A DNA stretch of 64,000 nt from Octopus sinensis (GCF_006345805.1 NC_043011.1:36220464-36284463); one strand, 5' to 3'. Positions 1 to 12,072 are shown, counted from the stretch's first letter. Made by a program: numbers and translations. Notes: generated by a model not told the origin, from the sequence alone.

Positions 1-379
1 AGAATAATCAAAATAAGTTAAAGATAAAGATGTAGACAATAATGAAGATGAGTATAATGAAGAAAAGGAGGAAAAGAATCAGAAGAGGAGAAATGTAAAG
101 AGAATAGAAAGAAAGAGAATAGAAGAAGAAGGTAAAAGAAAAGGGAAAAGAAAAATATAGAGAAGAAGGAAAGTGCAGAAAGTAAAAGGTTTGAAAGAAA
201 AAAAAGAAAGGGAAAAGAAGAAAGAGAATTTGAAGAAATTGAATACTTTATATTTCTGTAGGTGGTTGCTTAAGAAGTGAAGTAATAAAATCTGTTTCTT
301 CTTTGGGATATTGTAGCTTTGCTTGAATTCCAAGTAGTTGAATTGCAGGTTTGCAATCAACATGTTGGTGGATTGATAT

Positions 380-1250
380 GGTGAATGACTTAATTAAACA
401 TTACACTCTACACCGAGAAGAAAAGATATGGAAGAGAAGAATCAGAAGTGTCAAATGAATGAGCAGGCGGATGTTAGAAGAGACCTTTGTTAACAGAATA
501 TAACTTAAAGAGAATTCTTATATAAATGAAGATTGTAGTGATCTACAAAAGTGTGATGGACAGAGCTTCTCTGGGGAGCAGAGTACTTCTTGGTGAGAAT
601 TGTGTTGATAAGATGATTCACAACAAATGTACACAAACAAGCAGGGAAGTAAAGTACATTTCAGAATGCAGAAAAGACTACTGGGAAGTATTTGCTGAAA
701 AATGTTTACATAGACCAAATTTATCTTGGATGATATGAAGATTTATGGTAAGTAGTAGGGAAACTTGACATTTGCCAGAGGCTGGCCATTTTCAGGTAAC
801 TAATTTAATCTGATATGAAGAATTTGTGTAGCAAGATAAAGATCATGGGAATAAAAAAAAAAATAAAAATAATAATAATAATAAATAAATAAAGATAATA
901 CTGATCGAGAGAACAACCAGAAAAATACAAATGATCAAAGTTATGGAATAAAATCTTATCAATAAGTGTAATTCCCTTATAGCAGATATCAGATTCTAAT
1001 AAGATATATCTTCAAAGGTTACACACATCAAGTGATCTTACAAAAAGATGGAAGCATAATTCAAGACAGACTCTACATATTATGGAGAACAACATATATC
1101 AAATAGAAAAGAAATATATTTATCCAAAGAATGCGAATGCATGTTAAAGAAGTTCTAATGAAACTTCTAAACAGCTTTTGTTGAGGTATTACAGAAATTG
1201 ATGTATTGTAAAGGAAAGTAGCCAATATTTCAAGTGTGTTTGTGTATATA
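380..1250 (+). mobile_element. Possible heavily decayed CR1-like LINE ORF2 relic
   Basis: Scattered stop-ridden peptides: FILDDMKIYGK (~720-755, RT YADD-like), ERTTRKIQ (~907-930) and KRNIFIQR near 1110. The order fits a CR1 C-terminus, but similarity is weak. Confidence 0.25.
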
Positions 1251-2204
1251 TGTGAAATATATATAATCAGATATATTCATATATATATACAAACTGATAA
1301 AAGTAGATACTAGGTTATTGCTTTACACAGGTCTCTGTGTCTTTTGAACATGGCCTCTACTTGTATTCATGTACTTAGAGAAAGCTCTAAAAAAAAAAAA
1401 ACTGATGTGCTACTTGTAAAAGCTTACCACTTCTTACTTGTTTGAGTGTGAAATAGAAGGTGTGAGAGAAAGAAGAAAAGGAAGTGGAACGAACTAGAAA
1501 GGGAAGAAGAGAAAGAGAAAGATTTTTGGGGAAAAGGTGAGCAGTTGAGAGAAAGAGAGATGTAATGGTGCTGGTGTGTGAGAGAAAGAGAAAGGGAAAC
1601 TTAGTGAGTGAGTGAAAGAGGGCAGTGGCTGAATGTACAACTGACAGATGTTTATGTATAATAGAGAAAGACAAGAATAATAAAGAGGAAGCAGAACTGC
1701 ACGAGTGTAATAAAATAATAGGAAGCAATCCTAAATACTGTAAAACCTTAAACCAAAAGACCTAATTGATCAACTTTGACTGGACTGATACAGGAACCAT
1801 CTTTGACCCCCTGCAGTATATAAGACACAATACATCTCTCAGCTGTAAATCAAAGTACTTCCTGCATTCTATATTCTTGAGGATAAGTCAGTAAATAAAA
1901 CCGGCAATCCAGAACATGAGAAGTCTAGGCTTTGGTCTGTGTCAGCGAAAGTAAAATTAGAAATAGGCAATATCATGAGAGGTTAAAAAAAAAAGAAAAA
2001 AGAAGTCACACAGCTAGTGTATTGTGCTATTAGTTGTAAAGAAATAGGTCTTAACATTTCAAGTAGGAAGCCCTTTGTCAAGATCTTTATCATTTTTCAT
2101 CTTTATGAGAATAGTTGAAAGATTTAGAGAAAAGGTTAGTTGTGTGAGTCCGAAATATTGAAGCTCATTTCTTTTCCTCGTGAAATAATATATTAACCTT
2201 ATCA

Positions 2205-2556
2205 CTGGTTGATGTCAATGCTGCCTGACTGGCACCCATGCTGGTGGCATGTAATAAGCACCATTCGAGCGTGGATCAATGCCAGTGCCACCTGACTAGT
2301 TCCTCGTGGTGATGGCACATAAAAAGCACCATCCGAATGTGATTGATGCCAGTGCCACCTGACAGGCTCCCATGTCAGTGGCACGTAAAAAGCACCCACT
2401 ACACTCTCAGAGTGGTTGGTGTTAGGAAGGGCATCCAGCTGTAGAAACCTTGCCAGATCAGATTGGAGCCTAGTGCAGCCTACTGGCGTGCCAGTCCTCA
2501 GTCAAATCCTCCAACCCATGCCAGCATGGAAAATGGACGTTAGAAGATGATGATGA
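2205..2556 (+). mobile_element. Family C retroposon (RTE-3'-end-like) with internal ~65-bp tandem units and (GAT)n tail
   Basis: About 3 units of ggtggcacgtaaaaagcacc...gccagtgccacctgac, then cactacactc...aggaagggcatccagctgtagaaac...caacccatgccagcatggaa...gatgatgatgac. The same 3' block recurs at 6.9, 14.1, 18.8, 27.1, 28.4 and 38.1 kb. Confidence 0.85.
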
Positions 2557-3329
2557 CAGTTGCATTTTTTAAATCAAAACATTGCCTATTTTAGCAAATA
2601 AAATAGATTATAGATGAGATATCTTGTAAAAAAAAGAGCAGCCAAATTTCCCTCGACTCAAGTTCCAGCTGATTAAATGACACATTAGTGTCAAACCTTA
2701 AAAAGAGAGAGAAAGAAAGAAAGATATACAAAAAGATGGGATGGTCATGGCTGGAATGACTTTAATCTTATGGTTGACCTGAGATTAAAGTAACACCTTA
2801 GTGAGGAAGAGAGAATGGCATATATAAAAAAAAATGGGATTATCATAGCAGACTATAGACATGCCACATAAAACACTGTTTTATTCAAGGAAATGTTTAC
2901 AACAGAACATAAGTTACTTGCTACGTCAGTCAATATTATGTTGCTTCATGACATTTCCGATAACAATTTATTATGTGAGTACAAAATCTTGTATTTATTA
3001 GAAAAGTAAAATGGAGTGTTATGACAATTATACCACTCTGTCATATATTTTGGTACAGGCGTGTTTATGTGGTTAAAAAAACTGCTTTTGCAACTGCAAG
3101 CATTCAGGTTCAATCTCACACAGTGACACTTGGTGTATCTTCTCACAAAGCCTTATGAGTAACACTTGATAGTCAGGAAATGTGAGATAGTCTACCCGAG
3201 GGACTTTATCTGTTCTTGCATGGAAGGCTTAACCCATTACTAGGTTTAACGTCACTGCCACCACCTCACCCTCGTGTCCCTTTAGCAAAGTTCACTTTGT
3301 TGCAATCATTATGGACAGCTCATCAGACT

Positions 3330-4850
3330 AAGGATCCTCATTAATCACGGAGGCCTTGAAGAGTAACCGAAAAAAAGAAAGGACTCATCCAAAGTGTTGC
3401 TGAATAGTTCTTGCTTCAGGTAAAAGAAAACACAGATAGAAGATCATTTAATTACAATTTTATTCAACATATTCCCCTCTCAGCTTCACACACTTATTGT
3501 AGCAGTCCTTCAGTTTTTCTGAGCCCTGTAAAAGAACTCTGAAGGTTGGACCTGCAACCAGACCTTTCACAATACCCTTAAAGCTAGGAACTTTTCAGCA
3601 CCCTCTAGTAATTTTGAGAGAAAAAAAGAAGACAGTACAGGCTGAGGAACCCCATTAGCCATGGAGATCTTAAAGAGTAACAGAAAAAAAAGCAACTTGT
3701 CCAAGAGGGGGCTGAATAGTTCTTGCTTCAGGTAAAAGAAAATACAAGCAGATCATTTAATTACAATTTTATTCAACATATTCTCCTCTCAGCTTCACAC
3801 ACTTATTGTAGCAGTCCTTCAGTTTTTCTGGGCCCTGTAAAAGAACTCTGAAGGTTGGACCTGCAACCAGACCTTTCATAATACCCTTAAAGCTAGAAAC
3901 TTTTCAGCACTCTCTAGCAGTTGTGAGAGAAAGAAAGAAGACAGTATAGGCTGAGGATCCCCATTAGTCATGGAGATCTTAAAGAGTAACAGAAAAAAGA
4001 AAGGACTTGTCCAAGGGGGTGCTGAAAATTCCTGCTTTGGGTAAAAGAAAATACTGGAGGATCAGTTTATTACAATTTTATTCAACATATTCTCCTCTCA
4101 GCTTCACACACTTATTGTAGCAGTCCTTCAGTTTTTCTGGCCCTGTAAAAGAACTCTGAAGGTTGGACCTGCAACCAGACCTTTCATCATAATACCCTTA
4201 AGCTAGAAACTTTTCAGCACTCTCTACAGTTGTGAGAGAAAGAAGAGACATATAGGCTGAGATCCCCATTAGTCACATGAAGATCTTAAAGTAGAAAAAA
4301 AAAAGACTTGTCCAAGGGGGTGCTGAAAATCCTGCTTTGGGTAAAAAAATACTGGAGATCAGTTTATTACAATTTTATTCAACATATTCTCCTCTCAGCT
4401 TCACACACTTATTGTAGCAGTCCTTCAGTTTTTCTGAGCCCTGTAAAAAAAACTCTGAAGTTGGACCTGCAACCAGACCTTTCATAATACCCTTAAAGCT
4501 AGGAACTTTTCAGCATCCTCTCGTAGGTGTGAGAGAAAGAAAGAAGACAGTACAGGCTGAGGAACCCCATTAGCCATGGAGATCTTAAAGATTAACAGAA
4601 AAAAGAAAGGACTTGTCCAAGGGGGTGTTGAAAATTCCTTCTTTGGGTAAAAGAAAATACTGGAGGATCAGTTTATTACAATTTTATTCAACATATTCCT
4701 CTCACAGGTTCACACACTTATTGTAGTTTTTCTAAGTCCAGTGAAAGAACTCAGAAAGTTGGGCCTTCGACTAGGCCTTTCACAATACTCTGAAAGCCAG
4801 GAACTTTTCAGCACCCCCTCATAGTTGTGAGAGAAAGAAAGAAAACATTA
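3330..4850. repeat. Tandem array of five ~309-bp units, each a mariner-derived MITE plus ~100-bp spacer
   Basis: Anchor tattcaacat at 3461, 3770, 4079, 4376 and 4685 (periods 309, 309, 297, 309). Confidence 0.95.
4621..4820 (-). mobile_element. Mariner-derived MITE (representative last unit of the array)
   Basis: TIRs gggggtg(c/t)tgaaaattcc and ggaacttttcagcaccccc. In the better preserved units the minus strand reads LLQGSEKLKDCYNKCVKLRGEYVE*, the mariner transposase C-terminus. Confidence 0.85.
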
Positions 4851-5302
4851 CGTCAGTGAGCTAGAGATTACAGTAGCTCTCTTGCCTTTGGGTGTGATAT
4901 CTCCTTTATTTGTCTATTCTATCACATGTACAGCAGTCTTTACTACACATAGCCAGCAGTGTACAATTTCCATGCACATCTACCCAACACACCTTCCTCT
5001 CAATCTCATATTGTACCGACTATGTTCCACTCCTCTCCACACCCAACAGCCACCATCATGTTCTATCAACTTACCAGAATTCCTTTCCAATCCCAGATTT
5101 TCCTGCTTATGTCAACTTACAGATGTTTGAATTGAATGCCAAATATATCAATCTCACAGGTGACAAATACCTGTGAAAGTGTTAGGCATTGTCCCTACCA
5201 CCTATCTACAAAAACCATAATCATATAAGCACTGAGCAAGTGCGGCAACTTAAAGTGTTGCTAACATAATATTCGTCTGAAGGGACAATGATTCATACTC
5301 TG

Positions 5303-5935
5303 TTAAGGTGGTGAGCTGACAGAATCATTAGCAGGCTGGGTGAAATGCTTAGTGTTATTTCGTCTGTCTTTACGTTCTGAGTTCAAATTCCACCAAGGTT
5401 GACTTTGCCTTTCATCTTTTCGGAGTACCAGTTGTATACTGGAGTTGATCTAATCGACTGGCCCCTTCCACAAAAATTTCAGGCCTTGTGCCTAGAGTAG
5501 AAAAGAATATTTTTCTTATACAAAGGCAGCGAGCTGGTAAAATCATTAGCACTTTGGGAGAAATGCTTAGTGGTATTTCGTCTGTCTTTACATTCTGAGT
5601 TCAAATTCCATTGAGGTCAACTTTCCTTTCATCCTTTTGGAGTAGACAAATTAAGTCCCAGTTGTGTACTGGGGTCAATCCAATAGACTGACTCCCTGCC
5701 ACAAAATTTCAGACTTTGTGCCCAGAGTAGAAAAGATTATAGTAAGGTGGCAAGCTGGTAGAAATGTTAGCACGCTAGGTGAAATGCTTAGCAGCATTTA
5801 GTCTGTCTTTACACTCTGAGTTTCAAATTCCACTGAGGTCTACTTTCCTTTCACCCTTTTGGGAAAGGTGAATTAAGTACCAGTTGTATACTGGAGTCGA
5901 TCTAATTGACTGGCTCCCTCCACCAAAAATTTGAT
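5303..5935 (+). mobile_element. Three head-to-tail copies of tRNA-derived SINE family B
   Basis: Repeated ggtg(a/g)gctggcagaa..ttagc head, B-box-like gagttcaaattcc, central gtcgactttgcctttcatcctttcggggtcgataaattaagtaccag domain and gtgcctagagtagaaaaga tail; starts near 5303, 5523 and 5744. Confidence 0.9.
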
Positions 5936-6680
5936 TAATTCTCATAGTAAGGAAAATCAAAATGCTATGCCTGCTGTAGTTCAACACTATAAGCAGTTGG
6001 AGCATTGTATAACTGATGAGTGCTTTGACAGGTTCCAGGGCTTTTGAAAAGAGGTTTCTTCCAGCCAAACTGAATAACATGATGACAAAGACATCAAGTA
6101 GGGCCACTGTGGCTCAATATTAATAGATGTATCATAGCTATATGTGATGCTGGGACATTCATGCCTATCCTATTTAGCAATGAGTAAAAAACCCAAAATG
6201 CCTTACAACACAGTCATAAAGAGAATAAGTCTGGTTTTATTAACGTACATTGATTTTGTGCAAAACCCAAATAGAAGAGAATTGCTAACTTTGCGGTTAA
6301 CTTATGTAGAGACTAATAAATATATCTTGATCAATCATTAAAAAAAAAGGTAGAGAAAAGAATAAAACAAAACTGACTAGCTATTGATTTTTGTAGTAGT
6401 TTCATAACGAATAATAAATATTAATAAATATCGTTAGATAATCATATTAAATGATCAGTGATTCTGCAAAATATTTCTTTGACAGTGTGTATGAGTAAAT
6501 AAATGTTTTATAGAAACCTATTATAAAATATTTCCTCTCCTTATCACACAATATGATTAATATATTTTTTCCAGAGTCCTTAGATTTTTCTCAGAAGTGA
6601 TGACAAATGTAATTGCTGTCTCTCTGGAGGATAAACTTTATGATATTCATTTATAAATTTTCTGTAAATAAAACTGGCTT

Positions 6681-7087
6681 CCGTGGTGGTGGCACATAAA
6701 AAGCACCATTTGAGCATGATCATTACCAGTGTCACCTTACTGGCACTTGTGCTGGTGGCATGTGAAAAAACATTCGAGCGAGGTCGTTGCCAGTGCTGCT
6801 GGACTGGCTCCTGCGCAGGTGGCATGTAAAAAACACCATTTGAGCATAGCCGTTGCCAGTACCGCCTAACTGGCCCTCGTGCCGGTGGCACGTAAAAGCA
6901 CCCACTACACTCTTGGAGTGGTTGGCATTAGGAAGGGCATCCAGCTGTAGAAACTCTGCCAGATTGAGATTGGAGCCTGGTGCAGCCATCTAGTTCGCCA
7001 GTCCTCAGTCAAATTGTCCAACCCATGCCAGCATGGAAAGCAGATGTTAAACGATGATGATAATGATGATGATGATGATGATGATGA
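6681..7087 (+). mobile_element. Family C retroposon with 4 internal tandem units and long (GAT)n tail
   Basis: Same structure as 2205-2556, ending gatgatgataatgatgatgatgatgatgatgatg. Confidence 0.9.
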
Positions 7088-8149
7088 AGGACAATGCCCA
7101 CAACCTTTTCACACTTTCTGAAGAATGTTGAGATTGTTGCAGTTGAAAGTTAAATTTCAACATCATTGGTTCAATATCTGCCGACAAAGAAAAGCACACA
7201 GTAAAAACAAGGGCAATGAGGGAATTCCAAAAGGCTGCAGATCGTATGAGAGAAAATGTTCAGCATAGCACAGGCTGTAAGATGGTGTACAGGCAGGGAT
7301 GGCTCAAGGTACTGGCAACTCGGGCAGTTACCCAGGGCACTATGTACTAGGGGTTACCAAGGAGGGTGTGATAAGGACAAGGAAATTTTCAGGACCATCA
7401 GCTTGTACATACCAAAGTTCAGCTTGCATGGGACACCAGCAACCCTAGGGTGCAAGAGAATAGACAGGAGAATTTGGGGGGAAATAGAAGAGATAGGTGG
7501 ATTTTTGTGGGGAGGGTATTCAGCTGGTTATGTTTAGTGGTGAATGAAAAAGTAAAGAGACAAAACCGAACATCTGGAAGTGATTAGGTGAATCATGTTG
7601 ATTAAGAAATAATTAAGCCGTCAATGTAGCTGGTATGCAAGTACAAAAAATTAAAAGCTAATTAGCTTCAAGAAAAGCTTTTGGCTAATATATATGTGTG
7701 TGTATATATAAATATATGTACGTATATATATATATATATATATATATACATACATGCATACGTACATACATATGTGCATACATACATGCATACAAACCTG
7801 CATGTATTAAATTGCTTAATGAAATACATACAAAATTCACTTTTAATAGGTACAAAAATTTCCCTAAAGGAAATGATTCTTTACAGATATATGATAAGCT
7901 ATGTAAAACTCAAGTAGTAATTTAAATACACTTCATTCCGTAAAACTTCCTGGATGACTTTTAATCTGGGTGATGTATGACGTACAGTTTCAAATACTGG
8001 CTTCACCAAAATGCCTTAATATTTTTCTTTCAGTTCTATATATATTTAGTATGATGGCATTTCACAAGTAACAACCGGCCAAACAGAAGGAAATAGGTCA
8101 GTATGTCTGATCAAGCCTTGTAGTCAACCTTCATTGATAATACAAGCTC

Positions 8150-8343
8150 TAGCCTGAAAATTTTGGGGAGGAGGCCAGTCGATTAGATCGACCCCAGTGC
8201 GCAACTGGTACTTAATTTATCGACCCTGAAAGGATGAAAGGCAAAGTCGACCTCAGTAAAATTTGAACTCAAAACATAAAGACAGACAGAATACCGCTAA
8301 GCATTTCACCCAGCATGCTAAAGTTTCTGCCAGTTTGCTGCCT
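8150..8343 (-). mobile_element. SINE family B
   Basis: Reverse complement of the B central domain (ctggtacttaatttatcgaccctgaaaggatgaaaggcaaagtcgacc) and head. Confidence 0.9.
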
Positions 8344-8399
8344 TACAAATTCTAAATATTACACACAGACTGATTTAGGAAAGTATTCTGCATTGGAAA

Positions 8400-9600
8400 G
8401 AAATTTGATAGTTTTGACTGTGCCAATAGAATTAATACCAGGAAGTGCAATTTGGTCATTCACAACAATATCTAGTTTAGGTGCAGCACAATGAACAAAA
8501 ATGCAGCTTTTGGATATACCCTTTACTGTAGCTTTCAAAGCACCCTCCTTGGCCAGATTTTATATACTTAAATTTTCTAAATTTTCCAAATTAAATTTTC
8601 TAAATTTAATCCAAATTTTCTAAATTCAATCCAAGTTTTCAAAACTGATCAATAATTGCATTGGCAACAGAGACCATATCCAATCCTTTTACTGTTGTAA
8701 AGCCAGGGAATTCCTTTTGAATAATGTTATCAGATTTAATTGGCGTCAACAGACTGTATGCCAAGTATGGAATACTCTCATCCCAAGAATGTCAAAACTT
8801 TCATCAGCAATTATTGAAAATCCATGAGAAATATTGAACACAGAAACAATATCCTTTCTTATATTTTCTTCACTCTCTTGGATCAGTTCAATTTGCACAT
8901 GAATAGATGCATAGTGATTAAATGTTGAATTTTCTAAATGATCTTGTAACATCCTATCTTTAACTTGAAAATGGAACCTATATTAGAAGCTTTGTAAATT
9001 TCCAGTTATGCTTTCTTCTCCATGTAAGCCACATAAAATTGGTGAGAGCTTTGGAAATAATTTCTTTAGATTTTCCTCCACCAGTCATTTCACAGCAATG
9101 ACAAGCTGACACACTCGATTCTTTTCTACCTCGATTCTCATGGCCATAATGTTTACTGCAGCCACTTCATCATCTCAGTGCCATTTACTTGATGCAAGTC
9201 TCTTTACATGGTCATGAAAGACATATTCTATAAAAGGTGGGATGATAAAGGTGCTTTAAAATCCAGCTTGAACAGGTTCTGCAATGATTATGCAGAACTA
9301 ACTGAATGTTACTTCCATGTACAGAAAATAGCCAAGCCTTGGTAAATATTTGCTTAACCACATCTCATGATTACCAAATGGCCCTTTTTGCATCATGTTT
9401 GAAATCATAATTTGCTGGATGTATGTAATGTTTTACAAGAACATTGAGGTTGAGATAATCTGTGAATTTGCTTGATAATTTAACACCAAAAGCTATATCA
9501 TTACGATCAACAAAACTACAATATTCACATTCACTATTATCACCTGCACAAGTATGGTTCAAAGATAATTTTTGTTTGTTGTGCAAGTTTATTTTTCATT
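8400..9600 (-). pseudogene. Decayed hAT-superfamily transposase (ZMYM1/DUF4371-like)
   Basis: Minus-strand peptides in the expected order: WLSKYLPRLGY...PPF...H..H (TTF-type zinc finger-like), HLENSTFNHYASIHVQIELI, FSIIADESFDI, KEFPGF, GQG, and FVHCAAPKLDIVVND (HCxAH-like). Many stops and frameshifts. Confidence 0.75.
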
Positions 9601-9714
9601 TATTTTGAGTATTGTTACTTGAAACTTCCTTTTCCTTCAATTTTCTTTTACATAAAATTTGTAAAGTCCATTCTTAAATTTATGTGCATATATATATATA
9701 TATGTGTGTGTGTG

Positions 9715-10010
9715 ATGAGGCAATGGCCTTCCTAACTACTCGCAGTAGTTTTAGGATCGTGGTTTCGATTCCCAGACCGGGTGTTGTGAGTATTTACTGA
9801 GCAAAAGCATCTAAAGCTCCACAAGGCTCTGGCAGGGGCTGGTGGCGATCCCTGCTGTACTCTTTTGCCACAACATTCTCCACTCTTTCTTCTGTTGGCC
9901 TGCTCACTTAGCCAGTGGGGTGGCATCATTTGAAGGCTAAAACAATGTGAAGCACATTGTGACCAGCGATGTGCAACAACATCTGATAGCCTGGTCAGTC
10001 ACAGTGATCA
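9715..10010 (+). mobile_element. tRNA-derived SINE family D
   Basis: Head with B-box-like ggtttcgattcccagacc; body ctaaagctccacaaggctc...gatccctgctgtactc shared with 44517 and 54015. Confidence 0.75.
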
Positions 10011-10159
10011 TGGCATATATATATATATATATATAAATGTGTGTGTGTGTGTGCATGTACATATAAATAGAAATATTATTCAGTTCTATATTTAAGAGAT
10101 GAGGAATTATCTACATTATTTACATTTGACAGATATTTGTCCTCATCTTGTTTGTTCTT

Positions 10160-10205
10160 CACACAATGTTTCAGCTGATATACCCTCCAGCCTTCATCAG
10201 GTGTC
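10160..10205 (-). ncRNA. Minimal type I hammerhead motif, stem III position mutated
   Basis: Minus strand GACAC-CUGAUGA-A-GGCUG(GAGGGUAUAU)CAGCU-GAAAC-AUU-GUGUG. Stem I (ACAC/GUGU) and stem II pair. The expected ACGU palindrome reads ACAU, consistent with CpG decay. Confidence 0.7.
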
Positions 10206-10206
10206 T

Positions 10207-10870
10207 ATAACTGAGATTAGGTTATTCGTGAGTTTATTAGGTTTTTATAGCCATTTTATATCTTAATAGATAAATACATCTATCTATTTTTACCTTAAAA
10301 ATTAATACTTAACTTAATACTTAATTGGATTGTATGACATATTCCTAATCGTTAAAGTTTCAAATTTGATAATAGAGTTTTTTATAAGAAAAATTATTAT
10401 TTTATTTATTTCTTAAAAAATTTTGTTTAAATATATTTGCTTATTTATTTAACTATTATCTTTAACCTGAAGATTGACTATGATTATAATTCGAATTTTT
10501 AATTGAATTTAAATTATTGTAATTCGAATTGGGTTATGGCCATGAAACATACGTAGTGGTTTTACTTATTATATTATATTAAACTTTTTAATACCTTTTT
10601 GATAGTTATATAAAAAAATAAATAAATAAATATAAATATTAAAAAATTAAAAGTTTAAAAATTTATAATTTAAAAATTTTTTAAATATAAAAAGATATAA
10701 AAATTTATAAATATAAATTAAAAATTTTAAATTTAAATAATTTAATTTTAAATTTTATATTTTATATATTTTGTATATTATATTAATTATATTTATTTTC
10801 ATGTTTTGGTTTATGTTTTGCACTGTTTGATTTGCCTAATAGTGGTTTTATCTCTAATTTAATTTATATA
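10207..10870 (+). mobile_element. Very AT-rich unclassified element ending at (TA)n, with a decayed hammerhead-like motif at 10461-10561
   Basis: Terminus aatagtggttttatctctaatt(TA)n is shared with 11315-11340 and, in reverse, 55271. Internal CTGAAGA (10467-10473), a long imperfect hairpin, then GAAAC-ATAC-GTA (10544-10555). Confidence 0.5.
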
Positions 10871-10875
10871 TATAT

Positions 10876-11068
10876 AGTTAATCCAAACATGAAAGCACAA
10901 AAAAACACAACAACGTGTGGACGTGGAACAAATATAGTATTATTGGACGCTCAGGAAAGAAGGAGAGTTTAACGTTTCGAGTGGAGCTCTTCGTCAGAAA
11001 CATAGGAGAAGGAATGATCCAGAGAAGGGAAGACAGAGGTAAAAAAATCGCCAACGGTACACAGGCGG

Positions 11069-11070
<2 letters not shown>
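10876..11070 (-). mobile_element. Short ORF-less hammerhead-bearing element inserted in (TA)n (Penelope pLTR-like)
   Basis: Flanked by (TA)n on both sides; homologous to 24701-24915 and, more distantly, 12440-12598. Confidence 0.75.
10967..11001 (-). ncRNA. Minimal type I hammerhead ribozyme motif with intact core
   Basis: Minus strand GUUU-CUGACGA-A-GAG(CUCCA)CUC-GAAAC-GUU-AAAC. Stem I GUUU/AAAC is perfect, stem III is the ACGU palindrome, and the cleavage triplet is GUU. Confidence 0.8.
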
Positions 11071-11123
<53 letters not shown>

Positions 11124-11336
11124 GGACTATAACACCAAAACTTACAGGGAAAAATTCAATTTAGTATTAAATCAAATTTCACATTATAAATATATAATAT
11201 CAAACAGTGATAGACATAAACCAAATCATAAATAAAAAATAAAATATATTTTAAAACATAACTAGACCACAAAAAGTACAAAAAGGAATAAAGAATATAT
11301 AATAATATATTGCATAATAGTGGTTTTTCTCTAATT

Positions 11337-11367
<31 letters not shown>

Positions 11368-11520
11368 GTGTATATATATATATATATATATAATATATAT
11401 ATATATATACACACAATGGGCTTCTTTCAGTTTTATTAACATTACGATTTGTGATATGTAAATATCTAGAAAAGACAGATAAATTTCATGAAACAAAAAT
11501 TAACCACAAAAATAATAGGG

Positions 11521-11648
11521 TTATTACTTTTTAGTGGATAATATATCGGTTTGTAGTTATTAATTTTTAATTCTTAATTAGATAACCCTAATTAAGAATT
11601 AAAGATTAATAACTACAAACCGATATATTATCCACTAAAAAGTAATAA
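11521..11648. repeat. Near-perfect 61-bp inverted repeat with 6-nt loop
   Basis: 11521-11581 is the reverse complement of 11588-11648 with one mismatch (a G-T wobble); loop ataacc. Confidence 0.97.
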
Positions 11649-12041
11649 ATATCTTAATTGAAACTTAATAATATGATTATGCGGTAATATCAAACGAAAA
11701 TAAAAATAAAAATAAAATCTTTTATTTAGAAAATAGCCTTCTACAAGTAAAGCAGTTGAACGGAGAAAGAGAAAGAGTAGTATCATTGAGGGAAGAGGAG
11801 GGACAATAGTAATGCAGTGAAGGAGAGGCAGAGAGAGTAATAGCCATGACTGAAAGAGTGAGAGAAAGCAATGACTGTTTGAGAAAGATTAAGGCGGAGT
11901 GCATCTTCTGTTCTCAACATATGAATGAGAATGGAAGGGGTGAATAAAGTAAAGAAAACAGCCATTCAACTCTGTGTGAGTATATGTGTATATGTGTGTG
12001 TATGAAAAAGGGAGGTATGTGAATGTTTGTGTGTGTATGTA

Positions 12042-12072
<31 letters not shown>

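Noticed and set aside
3330-4850. CRISPR-like or functional RNA gene array
   Set aside because: Units are ~309 bp with conserved spacers and mariner TIRs; eukaryotic context with no cas genes.
7256-7537. Zinc-knuckle-like CPSCQ...HHLTAC peptide on the minus strand (I/Loa-type LINE relic)
   Set aside because: A single short motif with stops nearby is not enough to call an element. Similar weak signals at 4.9-5.2 kb and 13.7-14.1 kb were also left uncalled.
10207-10870. Possible mitochondrial control-region NUMT
   Set aside because: No tRNA, rRNA or mitochondrial gene sequence is recognisable, and the terminus is shared with a nuclear repeat family.
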